Shown in pieces: positions 20,801 through 34,989 of a stretch of 64,000 nt of DNA. This DNA is from Schmidtea polychroa (lineage: Eukaryota): assembly GCA_044892525.1 (NCBI GenBank), contig CM097885.1:18478001-18542000 (forward strand). The letters are read 5' to 3'. Position numbers and translations under genes: made by a program. Numbering within the stretch: position 1 is the stretch's first letter; the number at the start of each line of letters is the position of its first letter. The notes below the pieces were generated by a model. The model worked only from the letters and a program-made list of their open reading frames with translations, was not told the DNA's origin and did no database searches.

Positions 20801-23800
20801 AAAAAAAACTTTTAAAAGAAATATTTGTGGGGATGTTTTAAGTGAATAATTAATAAAAATCGGCGGAATATAAGTAGAAAATCGGGGGATATTAGTGATT
20901 AATTAATGGAAAATAGAGAATCGGGGGATATAAGTGATAATAATTAGTGGAAAATCGGGGGAATATAAGTGAGAAGGATATGTAATTTAAACTATTTTAT
21001 TACGTAACAAGCTGTGAATGGTATTTTATTGAGAATTATTGATTAGGTCTTTTTTATAATTTTTGAATAAGTACTTTAATACCTTAATAATTTAAATGTT
21101 TTGATTTACACTAAATAAATTCTAAATCAATTACCCTTTTCAATCAAAATAAGATCAATTATATACCTTTTTATAAAATTCAGTTAAAATTAAATACTTT
21201 CCACTAAATTTAAAATATATAAATTTTATAAGTTTTTCAAATTTTCAAATAATGTAAATAAGAAATTAATCTATTGCCAGTTATATACTTTTAAACTTAT
21301 TGATGGAATAAAACATTAGAAATAAAAAGTTTTTGTTGTATAAATCCTTTAATATTGTAATAATAGCTATTTATTAATAAATTTATTAATTTACGTTAAA
21401 TATTTCAAAAACAATTATCTTATTATTAATTATATTACCCTTTTTAATCAAAATAAGATAAATATTCAAATAGATGACTTTTATAAAATACAATTAAAAT
21501 TAAATACTTTACACTAAATTTAAAAATATAAATTTTATAAGTAAATGTAAATAAGAAATTACTGTATTAGCAGTTATAGACTTTTTAAACTTATTGATTA
21601 GGCAATAGATATTAAAAGTAACTTTTTTTTTCAAAAGGTCGTTCAATATTGTATTCTATTCAATATTAAATTTACTATTTTACACTAAAATATTTCGAAA
21701 GCAATTATCATAAAAAAACAATTATCAACCAAAATAATTTAAATGTAATACTCAAATATTTGTCTTAAAAATTAAATCAAAATTAAATACTTCACGAAAT
21801 TTAAGTAAAGTTTTTAAATTCACAAATAAATGTTAACAAGATATTAATTAATTAATCATTATAGACTTTTTAAACTCATCATTGGAATTAAACAATAGAA
21901 TGATATTCAAAATATATACAATTTAAAAATATAATTAAAATTAAATTACATACTTTAAAAATTTGGTAAAATGTTGGTAAAAATACCATTCACAGCTTGT
22001 TATGTAATAAACTAGTCACGGCTTGTTATGTAATAAACTAGTTTAAATTACATATCCTCCTCACTCTATTTCCCACTATTTATTCACTTATATCCCCCCG
22101 ATTTTCCACTATTTAATCACTTATATTCCCTGATTTTCTACTTATATTCCACCGATTTTGATTAATTATTCCCCACAAATATTTCTTTTTTTTTATTAAA
22201 TTTATAAATTTTATGAAATAATTTTAAATAAATTCAATTAATATATTTCCATTCTTATCAACCTTCATTTTATCTATGCCACTTCTGAGTATTTACCTCT
22301 CATGATCCATTAATGAATTAATGTTAACAAGATATTATTTAATTAATCATTATAGACTTTTTAAACTTATCATTGGAATTAAACAATCGAATGATATTCA
22401 AAATATATACAATTTAAAAAATACAATTAAAATTAAATTACATACTAGGTAAAATGTTGGTAAAATAATGGTAAAATACCTCTCACAGCTTGTTATGTAA
22501 TAAAATAGTCACGGCTTGTTATGTAATAAAGTAGTCGCGGCTTGTTATGTAATAAAATAGTTTAAATTACATATCCTTCTCACTTATATTCCCCCGATTT
22601 TCCACTAATTATTATCACTTATATCCCCCGATTCTCTATTTTCCATTAATTAATCACTAATATCCCCCGATTTTCTACTTATATTCCGCCGATTTTTATT
22701 AATTATTCACTTAAAACATCCCCACAAATATTTCTTTTAAAAGTTTTTTTTATTAAATTTATGAATTTTCTGAAATAATTTTAAATAAATTCAATTAATA
22801 TACTTCCATTATTATCAACCTTCATCTTATCTATGCCCATTCTCAGTATTTACCTCCATTAATGAATTATTCTACCAATTATTTTCACCCATTTGAATTT
22901 ATCATCGAATAATGAATAATTTCCTCACTTTAATGAAGATTCTTACCACCTTCATTGTTAATTTTATCATAGTTTAAAGAATAATTGTCTTTTTCATTGC
23001 TTACCACTTTAGATTTTTTATCGAAATTTATGATAATTTGACTAAATCAATGAAAAATTTGAATGGGTTTTATTATATATACTTTGAGTTTATCCGACAA
23101 AATATTCTGTTCCCCTATGGGTATTGCTCACAAGGGTACTACTCACATTCAACGTCGCAAGGGTATTAGTCGTAAAGGTATTTAATGCTTTTATTTGAAT
23201 GATTATTTAGGCAAATTTGTTGTTTAAGGTATTCATTGATAATTTTTAGAGTTGATGGTTTTAGTAAATATTCAAGTAAATTTCTATCATTTTTGTGAAT
23301 TTTTATCGTTTTTTGTGAATTTCTTTGATTTTTGTAAATTTCTATTATTTTTGCTGATTTCTATCATTTTTGTGAATTTTTATCGTTTTTTGTGAATTTC
23401 CATCATTTTTTGTAATTTTCTATTATTTTTGCGGATTTCTATCATTTTTGTGAATTTTTATCGTTTTTTGTGAATTTCATGTTTATTGAATGAATATTTA
23501 AAAATTTAATGCTAATTCTAAGGTAAATTTAATTAATTTCTTGATAATTTTAAATAAAAATTTATTTTTGTACAATAATCAAGTGATAGGATAAATTTTG
23601 ATGAAGATATTGAATAATTTTCTAAGATTTTCATGTTGACTGATAAATTTAATTAATAAATTTAATTAATTTCTTGATAATTAGTTGTATTTTATTGAAT
23701 AGTTTTTAAATAAAAATTAATTTCATTGACAATTAGGTTAATAATTAAGTGATTTTTGATGATAACTTTTTAATGTATTTGACTAAATAATTTTTCAATA

Positions 23801-25706
23801 ATTTTCTAAGAATATTTACACATTGATGAACTTTAAAAAACATAGGCTAAGAAACCAGTTAACTTTATCAGGGACTTTAAATTTACTTGATAATTATTGT
23901 AGGATATACAGAAATTTAGTTTGCTGTTATTGCTTGAAAATGATTGGCTGAATAGCTGAAGAATTATCATCAAACAATATATATCATCTCCAGTTAGGTA
24001 TTTGATGGTAAATATTTGTAGAAAATAATGAGTTTATTATATCTTTGTTACATAAGTCGACTTTAGCGTCAAAATGTGTTTTTAAAATAAATTTTAATTT
24101 TAAAATACCGCAACGTAATATATTTTTTCCCTGCCCTTCCATGATTTTGATTGGTTAGTGGGCTCTTATTATTTAGCTTCTAAATTATTTCTATGGAAGA
24201 ATGCCTGGTGTCTTTAACAGTTTATGAAAAGTCATATTTTTGAAGAATTCTCTCTAAGGATTTTAAGAGGATTGAGTGAATTAAAGGAGGATTCAAGTGG
24301 GTAGAATTAAGGGATATAATCGGATAGATGTTTAAAAGGGTAGAAATATTTGCTGAGAGATCGGATAAGATGGGATATTGTCGGTTAGATTTAATGAGAG
24401 ATCGGTTAAGATGGGATATAGTCGGTTAATATGGGAATATTTCATTTTAAGAAAGATATAGTCGGTTGCTTTTAATGAGGGAAGGGTTTCGATGGGAATC
24501 TTTTGAATATTTACATGGGTAATGTTGGTCAAATATCAATGTTTTAAGGGAAAATGCAATTAGTCAGTTATGAATCAATAATAATTATATCGTTTTATTA
24601 GGTTGTGATTAATTCATTGTATATTAATTTAGATTTATGTTTTAGAACAATGTTCTATTAAGTAGGGATAATGATCGATTTACTTGGTTTTGACAATGAA
24701 AACTTTACAGATAATTGGGATTGATATCAACTTTAATTTATTTTTATCTTTATTTAGACGGAGAATGACAAAAGTTGAAAAATATGGACTTAAAACATCG
24801 ACAACAACTAAATAAAATTGATCTTTATTGAAAGAAATCTTGATTTTAATTAGTAATTAAATCGGTTGAATATTGGTAAAAATGATCATTTGAAGAAATA
24901 TATTTTATTGAATGGATAAATTTAATCTTTCAATGGGACCTAGTCAGTTATATTGTAGTAATATTTATTTAAAATTTCAAATAGAGTGATTTATTTTTAG
25001 AATAAAAATTTAATTATAACTGGTTTTATCATTAGATTTTATAAATTATTTAGTGTTAATGATCAAATTATTTTACATGTTTTATAGGGAAATATTCGTG
25101 ATAATAGGAATTAAAGTTAGAATTATAGTCATTTAAAGGGATTTTAAGGAATCTTATTAGTCTGAGGGAAATATATATCCTTTTAAGTGTAATTATCGAT
25201 AAAATACTAATCTTTAAAGTTGGAGTTATTTCAGGGAAATTTGATGCTTTTTTGATGATATTTGTAATAATATGGATAAAGGGTTGAAATATAGTCATTT
25301 CAGGGATTTTAAGGAATCTTATTAGTTTGAGGTGAATATATGATCTTTAACAAGTACTTATCGATAAGATACTAATCTTAAAAGATAGAGATATTTCAGG
25401 GAAATTTGATGCTTTTTAGATGATTTTATTAGAGAATTCACTTGAATATACTGGTTTATTAGATGTTATCATTAGTTATCAGTCTCTTTTGGAATTTAAT
25501 GATAATTATTTTTATTGTAGATTGATGACTTTGATAATTGTAATTAATTTATACTGTTTTTGTGAATATATTGAGCAATCAGTCAATCAATTTGAGTACT
25601 TTTAAAAAAATAATTAAAATTAATTTTATTTCAATTAATTTATTCAATCTAAATCAATTATCTACTAGATCTTATCTTATTAATTTATTATCTTAGTTGA
25701 TTCATA
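17846..25706. repeat. Large inverted repeat: arms 17846-21012 and 22540-25706, ~1.5-kb spacer
   Basis: Mirror ORFs (19020-19220/24332-24532, 18254-18484/25068-25298) all sum to 43552; very few mismatches seen. Confidence 0.95.
20075..20275 (+). repeat. ~20-bp tandem repeat (AAATTCACAAAAAACGATA-like); mirrored at ~23277-23477
   Basis: Direct inspection. Confidence 0.8.
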
Positions 25707-26778
25707 TTAAGTTGAATGATCTGTATTTTTTTTATTTACTTGATGATTAATGACTAGAATTCCTGTCCATTAATTATATTTTTTTATTTAGTATGTTTTG
25801 AATAATTTAAGTTTTTATAATAATTTAATCAATTTTTATCAAGTTATTGATGTCTTGAGTTCAATTAATTTTCCATCTAATTTTTCAAGTGATGAGTATT
25901 TGCTTTTAAAGATCTATTTGTTAGTACTAGGTATCTGGTTGATAGTATCTGATTGACTTTTTAGATTTTGATAAGAAAATAGTGTATGTGATGAAGAATA
26001 TTTTGTATTTAATTGCTATTATTTTTATGTGTTGTTAGTTGATTGTTGGTACTAAGTTGTTGGTATCTTGTATTTGGTAGTTGGTACAGTGTTGTTTACT
26101 GATTGTTGTTATATATTTGTAGGTTGATATTTGTTAATTTCTCGATGGGTTTTGATGGTGGTTGTTAGTACATGGTATTTAGTTGCTAGCTGGTTGATAG
26201 TACTTAGTAACTACTTAATGGGTAGATGGGGGTTGAGTGTTAGCAATATCCTTACAACCAGTACCCTACGACCAGTACCCTTAGGGGGGTCAAAACATCC
26301 TGTCGGATAAACTCAGAGTATATATAATAAAACTGATCAACAATAAGTATTTATTGAATGCGTTTTTTACATTGCAATAATAAGTCAGTAGTTACCAATT
26401 AAAAGAAGAATGTTTTGTAAATTAGAATTCATTAGTCTTTCATTGTAATTTAAATTATTTTGAATTTCACGTGGTGTTTTAAAGTGATTGAGTTGTGGTT
26501 TTTTGATGAAAATCAACATTCTTGTTAAATTTAGACATTTTGAAAAGGTTTTTCTACTGATTGTAATTAAAATTATTTTTGAAGACAGATAAAAAATTAA
26601 TTTAAAAAGCATTTTATAAAATACAATGAAGAATATTTAGTAGGTTGTTGGTACTTGATTGTTTTTACTTGGTTGTTTGAGAGTTAGTTAGTACATGGTA
26701 TCTAGTTGTAAGTATTTGGTACTTATTTGTTAGCACATAGTTAAAAATATTTAGTAACCGATTGTTGGGAACTATTGA

Positions 26779-26788
26779 ATTATTATTA

Positions 26789-26865
<77 letters not shown>
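26779..26865 (+). repeat. (ATT)n microsatellite
   Basis: Direct inspection. Confidence 0.95.
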
Positions 26866-26866
<1 letters not shown>

Positions 26867-27259
26867 CATTTAAATTTTCATTTGACTTTGAAAAATATTT
26901 CATTGAAATTAACTTAAAAATTATTTCATTAAAATTTGTATTTAAAATTATCTTAAAAAATTTTACATTTAAAATTAACTTAAAAAAATATTTCATTAAA
27001 AATTACATTTCTCAAAAAAGTTGGTGATTATTCAATCTTTTGATAATAAATTTAAAAATCTTACTTTAATTTACTTATTTAGCTTTAATTTAAAATTTGG
27101 ACCATTGGATACTTAATTTTAAATTTTGAACCTTAATTTACTTATTTAAAATTTTTAACTTTAATTTACCTAATTATTCTTTATTTCTTAATTTTACACC
27201 ATAATTTACTAAACAACTAATTATAACCCTTATTTTCATATTTAACTAATAATTTCATG

Positions 27260-28490
27260 TGGTCATCTGGTTGTCAGTGCTTGGTATCTAGTTGACAGTG
27301 CTTAGTACTAGGTATCTAGTTGTTAGCTGGTTGTTAGTACTTAGTTGTTGGTTGTAAGTAGTTGGTATCTGGTAGTTAGTTGTTAGCTGGTTGTTGGTTG
27401 TTAGTACTTGGTAGTTGGTAGCTAGTTGTTAGCTGGTTGTAGCTAGTTAATGGGTAGGTGGTTGTAGGTACTTGGTAACTGGTTGTTAGTATCTAGTTGT
27501 AGGTATCTGGTTGATGTTGGTTGTATGTACTTGGTAGGTACTTGGTAGTTGGTAATTAATGCTTAGTACCTGGTTGATGTTGGTTGTATGTACTTGTTAG
27601 GTGGTTTTAGGTACTTGGTTGATAATGCTTAGTACCTAGTTGTTGTAGGTTGTTAGTACTTGGTATCTAGTACCTAGTTGGTTGGTTGTTTTTGGTTGTT
27701 TTTGGTTGTTAGTATCTAGTTGTATGTACTTGGTAGGTGGTAACTAGTTGGTTGTAGGTACTTAGTAGTTGGTTAATAATGCTTAGTAGCTGGTTGTTGA
27801 CGGTTGTGAGTACTTGGTATCTAGTACCTAGTTGGTTGGTTGTTAGTACTTAGTATTTAGTTGGTTGATAATGCTTAGTACCTGGTTGTTGTTGGTTGTT
27901 AGTACTTGGTATCTAGTACCTAGTTGGTTGATTGTTTTTGGTTGATAATACTTGGTATCTAGTTGTAAGTACTTGGTAGCATGTAACTGGTTGTTAGTAT
28001 CTAGTTGTAGGTATCTGGTTGATGTTGGTTGTATGTACTTGGTAACAGGTAACATGTTGTTAGTACTTGGTATCAGGTAACATGTTGTAAGTACTTGTTA
28101 TCATGTAACTGGTTGTTAGTAACTAGTTGTAAGTACTTGGTAGCAGGTAACTGGTTGTTAGTAACTAGTTGTAGGTACTTGGTATCTAGTTGTTAGTTGA
28201 TTGTTGTCGGTTGTGAGTACTTGGTAGGTGGTAGCTAGTTGGTTGTAGGTACTTAGTAGTTGGTTGATAATGCTTAGTACCTGGTTGCTGTCGGTTGTTG
28301 GTACTTGGTATCAGGTAACTAGTTGTAGCCAGTTAATGGGTAGGTGGTAGCTAGTTGTTTGCTGGTTGTAGCTAGTTAATGGGTAGGTGGTTGTAGGTAC
28401 TTAGTAGTTGGTAACTGGTTGTTGGTATCTTGTTGTTAATACATGTTCGTAAGTTACTGGTTGTTGGTACTAAGTTGTTGGTTTGTTGTT
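27260..28490 (+). repeat. G/T-rich degenerate tandem array (TAGTACTTGGTA, TAGTTGT, CTGGTTG units)
   Basis: Strong GT strand skew, recurrent short units. Confidence 0.85.
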
Positions 28491-28759
28491 GAATTATTAT
28501 TAAAATTTGTCTTTGAAAAATATTTTATAAAAATTTTCATTAAAAATTATCTTAAAAATTTCCATCTAAAATTATCATTGAAAATTATTCCATTAAAATT
28601 TCCATTAAAAATTACCATTGAAAAATATTTCATAAAAATTTCCATTTAAAATTATCTTAAAAATGATTCTATTAAAATTTCCATTAAAAATTATTCATAA
28701 AAAATTTTCATTAAAAAATTTCAATTCTCAAACACCTTCTATTTTTTGTTAATAAATTT

Positions 28760-29660
28760 TAAAATCTTACTTTAATTTACTTATTACATTACTCATTTTT
28801 AAATTATTACTTTAATTTACTTATTTAAAATTTTTTACCATTGATTACTTAATTTAAAAATTATTACTTTAATTTACTTATTTAAAATTTTTACCATTGA
28901 TTACTTAATTTTTAAATTTGGACCTTAATTAACTTTAATTTAATTTTTTTTTAAAAACCATAATTTACTTTAATTTAAATTTTTTAGAACCATAATTTAC
29001 TTTAATTTAATTTTTAGAACCATTATTTACTGTAATTGAAAAATTTGAACCATAATTTACTTTAATTTAATTTTTTAGAACCATTATTTACTTTAATTCA
29101 AAAATTTGGACCATTATTTACTGTAATTGAAAATTTTTGATCATAATTTACTGTAATTCAAAATTTTTGACCATAATTTACTGTAATTTAATTTTTTTTA
29201 GAACCATTATTTACTGTAATTGAAAAATTTGGACCATAATTTACTGTAATTCAAAATTTTTGACCACTATATACTGTAATTGAAAATTTTGGACCATTAT
29301 TTACTGTAATTTAATTTTTTAGAACCATTATTTACTGTAATTGAAAAATTTCGACCATAATTTACTTTAATTTAATTTTTTAGAACCATTATTTACTTTA
29401 ATTCAAAAATTTGGACCATTATTTACTGTAATTGAAAATTTTTGATCATAATTTACTGTAATTCAAAATTTTTGACCATAATTTACTGTAATTTAATTTT
29501 TTTTAGAACCATTATTTACTGTAATTGAAAAATTTGGACCATAATTTACTGTAATTCAAAATTTTTGACCATTATATACTGTAATTCAAAATTTTTGACC
29601 ATAATTTACTGTAATTTAATTTTTTAGAACCAATATTTAGTGTAATTTAAAAAATTTACC
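28760..29660 (+). repeat. ~30-bp tandem array (ACCATAATTTACTGTAATTCAAAATTTTTG-like)
   Basis: About 30 consecutive variant units. Confidence 0.9.
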
Positions 29661-29912
29661 ACGTTTTTTAGTGTAGACCACCTTTTTCTCAGGACCAAGG
29701 AGACCCACCTGAATTGACCTAGAAAAATCCATGCTTTTTTTTATTGAGACCGCCTTTTTCTATTGAAAAATTTATTTGTATTGAAAATCCCAGGACCATC
29801 GAGACCCCCTCCCTATAGTGTGGAACAATTGCGTAATAAAAAGTTGCAATAATTTTTTTTCTAGGGGGGAGGGGGGGGGGTAATTGTTGCAGTGGGCCAC
29901 TATCTACCTACT

Positions 29913-30490
29913 TTCATAGCTTTTATCTACTCCTCGAATATAAATCAACACCTGAGCAGTATCGGACACATCCGTTGACTCATCCAAGGCCAAAGTAAAC
30001 CACTCAACATGTCCATTTTTGTCGAACAGTTGAGAGGATATATTTTCAGCCATGTTTTCTACCCTTAATAATAAATTTACCTTTTCAGGGCACATTTCTT
30101 CGGCTACAGCAATTATGTATTCTTTGATCATTTCTCCATCGGCGAATGGTTTTTCATGTTTTGCAATTTCAAGAGCCACACGAAAGCTGGCACGAGTTGT
30201 AGCCTCTTGTTCAGTTTTGAGTTTTGTAAATGAAGATTGCTGCGATTTCAATCCGCGCTTCATAGCTTCGAATTTTTCTGTCCGCAAACTTCCTGTATAT
30301 TTTGAGTAATTTTGAAAATGTTTTGTTTCATAATGACGTTTAATGTTATATTCCTTGAGAACGGCTATGCTTTCATTGCAAATCAAACATGGCGCTTTGT
30401 TACTGGACTCAATTACGAAATACTGAATGTTCCACTTATCTTTGAATTTTCTGCATTCACTATCAAATTTTCGCTTCTTTTAAATACTAC
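29913..30490 (-). pseudogene. GTF2IRD2/SPIN-like hAT transposase N-terminus, truncated
   Basis: BED finger CLICNESIAVLKEYNIKRHYETKH, KPFADGEMIKE, LALDESTDVSDTAQVLIYIRGV. Confidence 0.9.
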
Positions 30491-31991
30491 TAAATCACAC
30501 ACAAAAGCAACAATTCAAATCAAAATACACCTAATTCCGAAATTTAATAACTTCTATAATCAAAAAAAAATCAATAAATATATATTATAGGAACACACAA
30601 ACTTACCTGTGTGTAGAAATTTATTGTTCTGAAATTTAGTAACTTTATTATAGGTTTTGTGAAGGTGAGAGAAAAATAATTGAACACACCAACACAAAAC
30701 CCATAATGAAAAATGCATGCAAATTTCTTATATAGGTTTTTGTTTCGAAATAAATAACCGTTAACATATTGTTAACATATTGTTAAAATATAATTATTTT
30801 TAAATTATTAAAAAACACAAGAAAGAAAGCAAGATCTTTTGATTTACAGAATGATATTCGCACATCGTAAATTTAAATAAATTATTTTAATAAATTAATA
30901 TTTTCATAGATATACAGAAAATGACAAAATTCGGCTTATTAATGAATTTGGAAGATTACTAGGAATGACCAAAAGCAAATTTATAAATATTAAAAATATG
31001 GGGCCATCGAAAATGAGCTGGAGAAAGATTATAAAAATTTTAAAAACTATTTCATCCATTTCTTTCCTAATTGCATTAAAACAATAAATGTCTTCGGTAA
31101 TTAGTTTATTTATTTAGTTAAAAATATATCTAACTTACATTTTATTGAAATAATTCCAAATAGAAAATCATTGAATTTCATAAAATTCCTAAAAAACACC
31201 TGAAATTTAATTATTATCAATGTTTTATAATAAATGCTGACTAACAGTAATATTTAAGAACTTGAATAATGATCTCATAATTATATAAAATCAAAATTTA
31301 AGTCTTAAAAGTTACTTGAAATTAAAAATATTACCTGAAAACCATTTTTAATAAATTGAATAAATGAAATTTAATAACTTCATTTTCACGTAAATGGTGA
31401 CTCAACTCAACTGGTGTGAACACCAACGTGAATTATAGAGGTTATTAAATTTCCGAATTGGGTGTACTGTTACAAAGATGTCTTAAACTTAAACACGTTT
31501 TAAAAAGGTACGCACTATTTTATTTCACAAAAGTGTCATAGGAACTGACTTGTGGTTGCGCCACTAGCCTTCTTATATATTCCAATTACTGCCATCTAGA
31601 AGTGAGTGGAAGACACCAGAACTTTCTCGAATCAACGAGATTACTCTGTACGTGCTATTAGCGCCATCTGTTAGCAGTAGAAGGTACTACCTATTTCCGC
31701 TTGTGTCCACCAGATGTCGTGTCACGTTACTCTTCATGGATCGTACTTTACAACTAATTTAGAAATTACAGATAATGACAGGAAAATTAATAATATGCAG
31801 TGTTGCCGTTTTGCGGACTTTAGACCGATTTGCAGCCTTTTTTAAACGTTGCGTACTTTTTCGGACTTTTTTTTTCATCAATGGACTATTTCACTTTTTA
31901 CCACCGGCAACAATGATAATATGGTTTTGGCCCTCGGAACTTACTAGAGTAATCACTATGGCCCTAAGGCTGGAAAGTTTGGAGACCCCTG
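29913..31991 (-). mobile_element. hAT (Charlie/Buster/SPIN-like) DNA transposon, 5' part
   Basis: TIR CAGGGGTCTCCAAACT on the minus strand ending at 31991, flanked by CTATAGAT; transposase fragment inside. Confidence 0.85.
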
Positions 31992-34989
31992 CTATAGATC
32001 AATGTGTTTTCTATTTAAGGTAATTATTATAGAAATCTTAAATAACAGATCAGAAGTGTAGAAAAGAAAACCGTTTAAAAATGTTTGTTGATCAGTTTAC
32101 ATTTATTTATTCTAATAGAAAAACAAAAAAAATACCTAATTTTAAATGAATCTTATTGGATAATAATTTAATTTTTTTCAAATAAAATTACTTTGAAAAT
32201 AATAATTTTTAAAAATAAAAAATAACGTTTTCATTCTGTTAAATTTAGTGAAATTGTTAACAAAACCCTTGAAAATGACTAAAGACAAATGCTTTTATTT
32301 TTATTTTCATGAAAGCTTTTAGTTCTTTACTTTATATACCGAATAAAAGTGCTATTATTAATTACTTACATAAAAAGTTATTGAATTCATGACATATGAA
32401 AAATGTCCATTTACACATCAAATATAAAAGTCATTGAAAATTGCCGATTATTCAAACAATTTTATTTACATTTTAATTTATATTAAATTCCATTATTGAA
32501 ATGAACAACATAAATAGTTAATAAATGTTTACGAATTCCAATGTGGGTCACATCGACACATACTTCCATTTGATTTAGAGTATTGCTCTTGACAATATTT
32601 CAGGTATCGATACCAATACCAATTTACAATGAAACAGAAATATACAAAAGCTGAATAAAGTCCAACCTTTCATTTGTATGATACTGATAAATTGTATTTA
32701 ATACTAATTGAATTATAATCAGATAGTTTTTTGCCCCAGCTTCCCTCGAATTTACCAAGGTTTGATTAGTGGTACAGTTACACATTAGTCTCGCTATCCG
32801 CGAACAGTTCGGTATTTTGATATTTTCTTATATTTGAAAAATTACATCTTATTTAATTCACTTTATTTTTTTAGTACAGTTTAGTTCTTTATCTTTTAAA
32901 TGAGCAAAATCCCACTACATTTGTAACATTCTTAATAAATAAGACAAAGAAGTTGACAGATGTAGGTTCGCAATCGGAAACGGTACTGAATCAACACTAA
33001 ATTGTATGACTTTAGCCTTTTACAATTTATATTGTCTTTTAGTTGATTTTTTATTGAATTGCGGCACAAGAAATAAATAAAAAGAGTAAGCGTTGAATAT
33101 AACAGAAATACAACGTAAAAAAATATATTTTTTATAAACTCCGGCTTTGGATTGCAACTTCTGTCTAAATTGTAACTTTATTTATTATTAAAACGAATTT
33201 TAAAAATGTCCATTAAAACAAATATGAATAAAAAATCGCCCAATAAAGTTCCGGTCTATTACTATATTGATTTAAAACACTTTAAAAAATTAATAAAAAC
33301 AAAAAGATTTTAATTAAAAATTTAAAAATTTTTTTAAATTTAAATTTATAATTTTATTATACGGTCGGTGAACATGAAGGTGTTTTGATGAATAAGTTGT
33401 ACATCTCTGCAGCATATGAGTTAATTTAATAATATGTAAAGTTATCCTTTTTCAACCTACCAATAGTCCTCCAAAATGTTTAAAATTGAATTCGAATTCA
33501 AGTTAAAAATTTTTTTATTAAATCTGAGAAACTCTAAAAGTTAAGTTGAAATGAAATTTATACATCGTCAAATATTTTAGAATGGACTCCTTCAGTTCAA
33601 TAAGAAGAACCGAGTTTCAGAAACAAGAACCTCGCATTTCCTTTGTGTAATTCATGACAACCATTTCTTATTTGTTTTTGTCATTTTGAATCCCTGTAAT
33701 TATTCTGTTATCCTTGGTATTTAATGTTTTTAGGATAAAGACAAATTAATTAAGAAAAAATTTGTTTTATTAAGTAACAATAAACGGTATCTTATTCAAA
33801 ACCAAACTTAATAAATTATATTTAGTACAATATTAAAAAATATTAACAGATATATAAAAATATTTACTGTTGAACTGTAATTTCATTCTACAGTTTGAAG
33901 GTAAGGTGCTGTTTTCAAGGCACAATTCTGTTCGACCAATTTCTACAGTTCTATTAATATAGAAAAAACTTGAAAATTTTAATACGCATTTTTGATTAAT
34001 ATTAAATTATGTTTTTATATTAATATTTAAACTTGTATATTTATGAAAAACAAATAAATTTTGGGGCCTCACTCTATTTTAATAATTTTGAATTTAGATC
34101 TTGTATAGTTATGTGTTGCCTAGGTTTGCATGAACCTATAAACGCGGGATTTATATTAACTGTACACATTGACGTGAGCAGGAATTTTGGCAGTTATTAG
34201 CAGGGTAGAGGATAGCAGAGAGTAGGGAGACGGGTGGGAGTTACAGAAAAATGACATATTCAAAAGAAGGCACAAAATAGAGTCAAAACACGAAATTTTT
34301 GCAATTCATTGGAATAGTTCATTGGTGCTTATCTAGGTTAAAGAATTAAATTGTAATGACAAAGTTCGAGTATGTAGTTATTTGCCCCCCCCCCCCTAAT
34401 ATGTGGTCTCAGTCTAAGACTCTCAGGATTTATTTGATCTAATGACATTTGAACAGAATTGAATTGAGCATAAAGGAGAGTGAGAAAGAAAGAGAGAGAG
34501 GCAGAGAGAGACACAGAGAGATTAATAAACATGTTTCAAGTACAGTTGTATTCTTATTTTATAAAATGTTATAAAAACCAGCATTTCTATATATGAAAAA
34601 ATAATATAGTTCAAAATTATTCTTAATAAAAGCATTTTTACCTAGCTCTTGGTAAACTGTTGGTGCTTGGATAATTAATTTGAGTCTGAAAATAAAATAT
34701 TGATTGATCTTTGAAGTTTAAACAAATATATTTATTTATATTTTTTTATACTGGATAGAATAAATAAATAATTAATTGAATTATGATTACAAATGAGTAA
34801 ATAGTTATTGTTAATAAATACTTTTAAGAAACTCATTAACAAAGTGAGTGCGAAAATCTTATAAACTTGGTCCAAAGTGTTAAATATATTGAAATTGGTC
34901 ACAAACCTTTAAACTCCAAAATAAATATACAATAAAAATAAAAGAAAAATCACATTTCTGTTCAAATTAAATATTATTTTATTACATAC

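Noticed and set aside
17947..25605. Short ORFs in the palindrome arms, including an LRR-like 168-bp repeat near 25130-25420
   Set aside because: Low complexity, many stops, no convincing motif
28760..29660. CRISPR-like array
   Set aside because: Units are contiguous with no unique spacers; eukaryotic context, no cas genes
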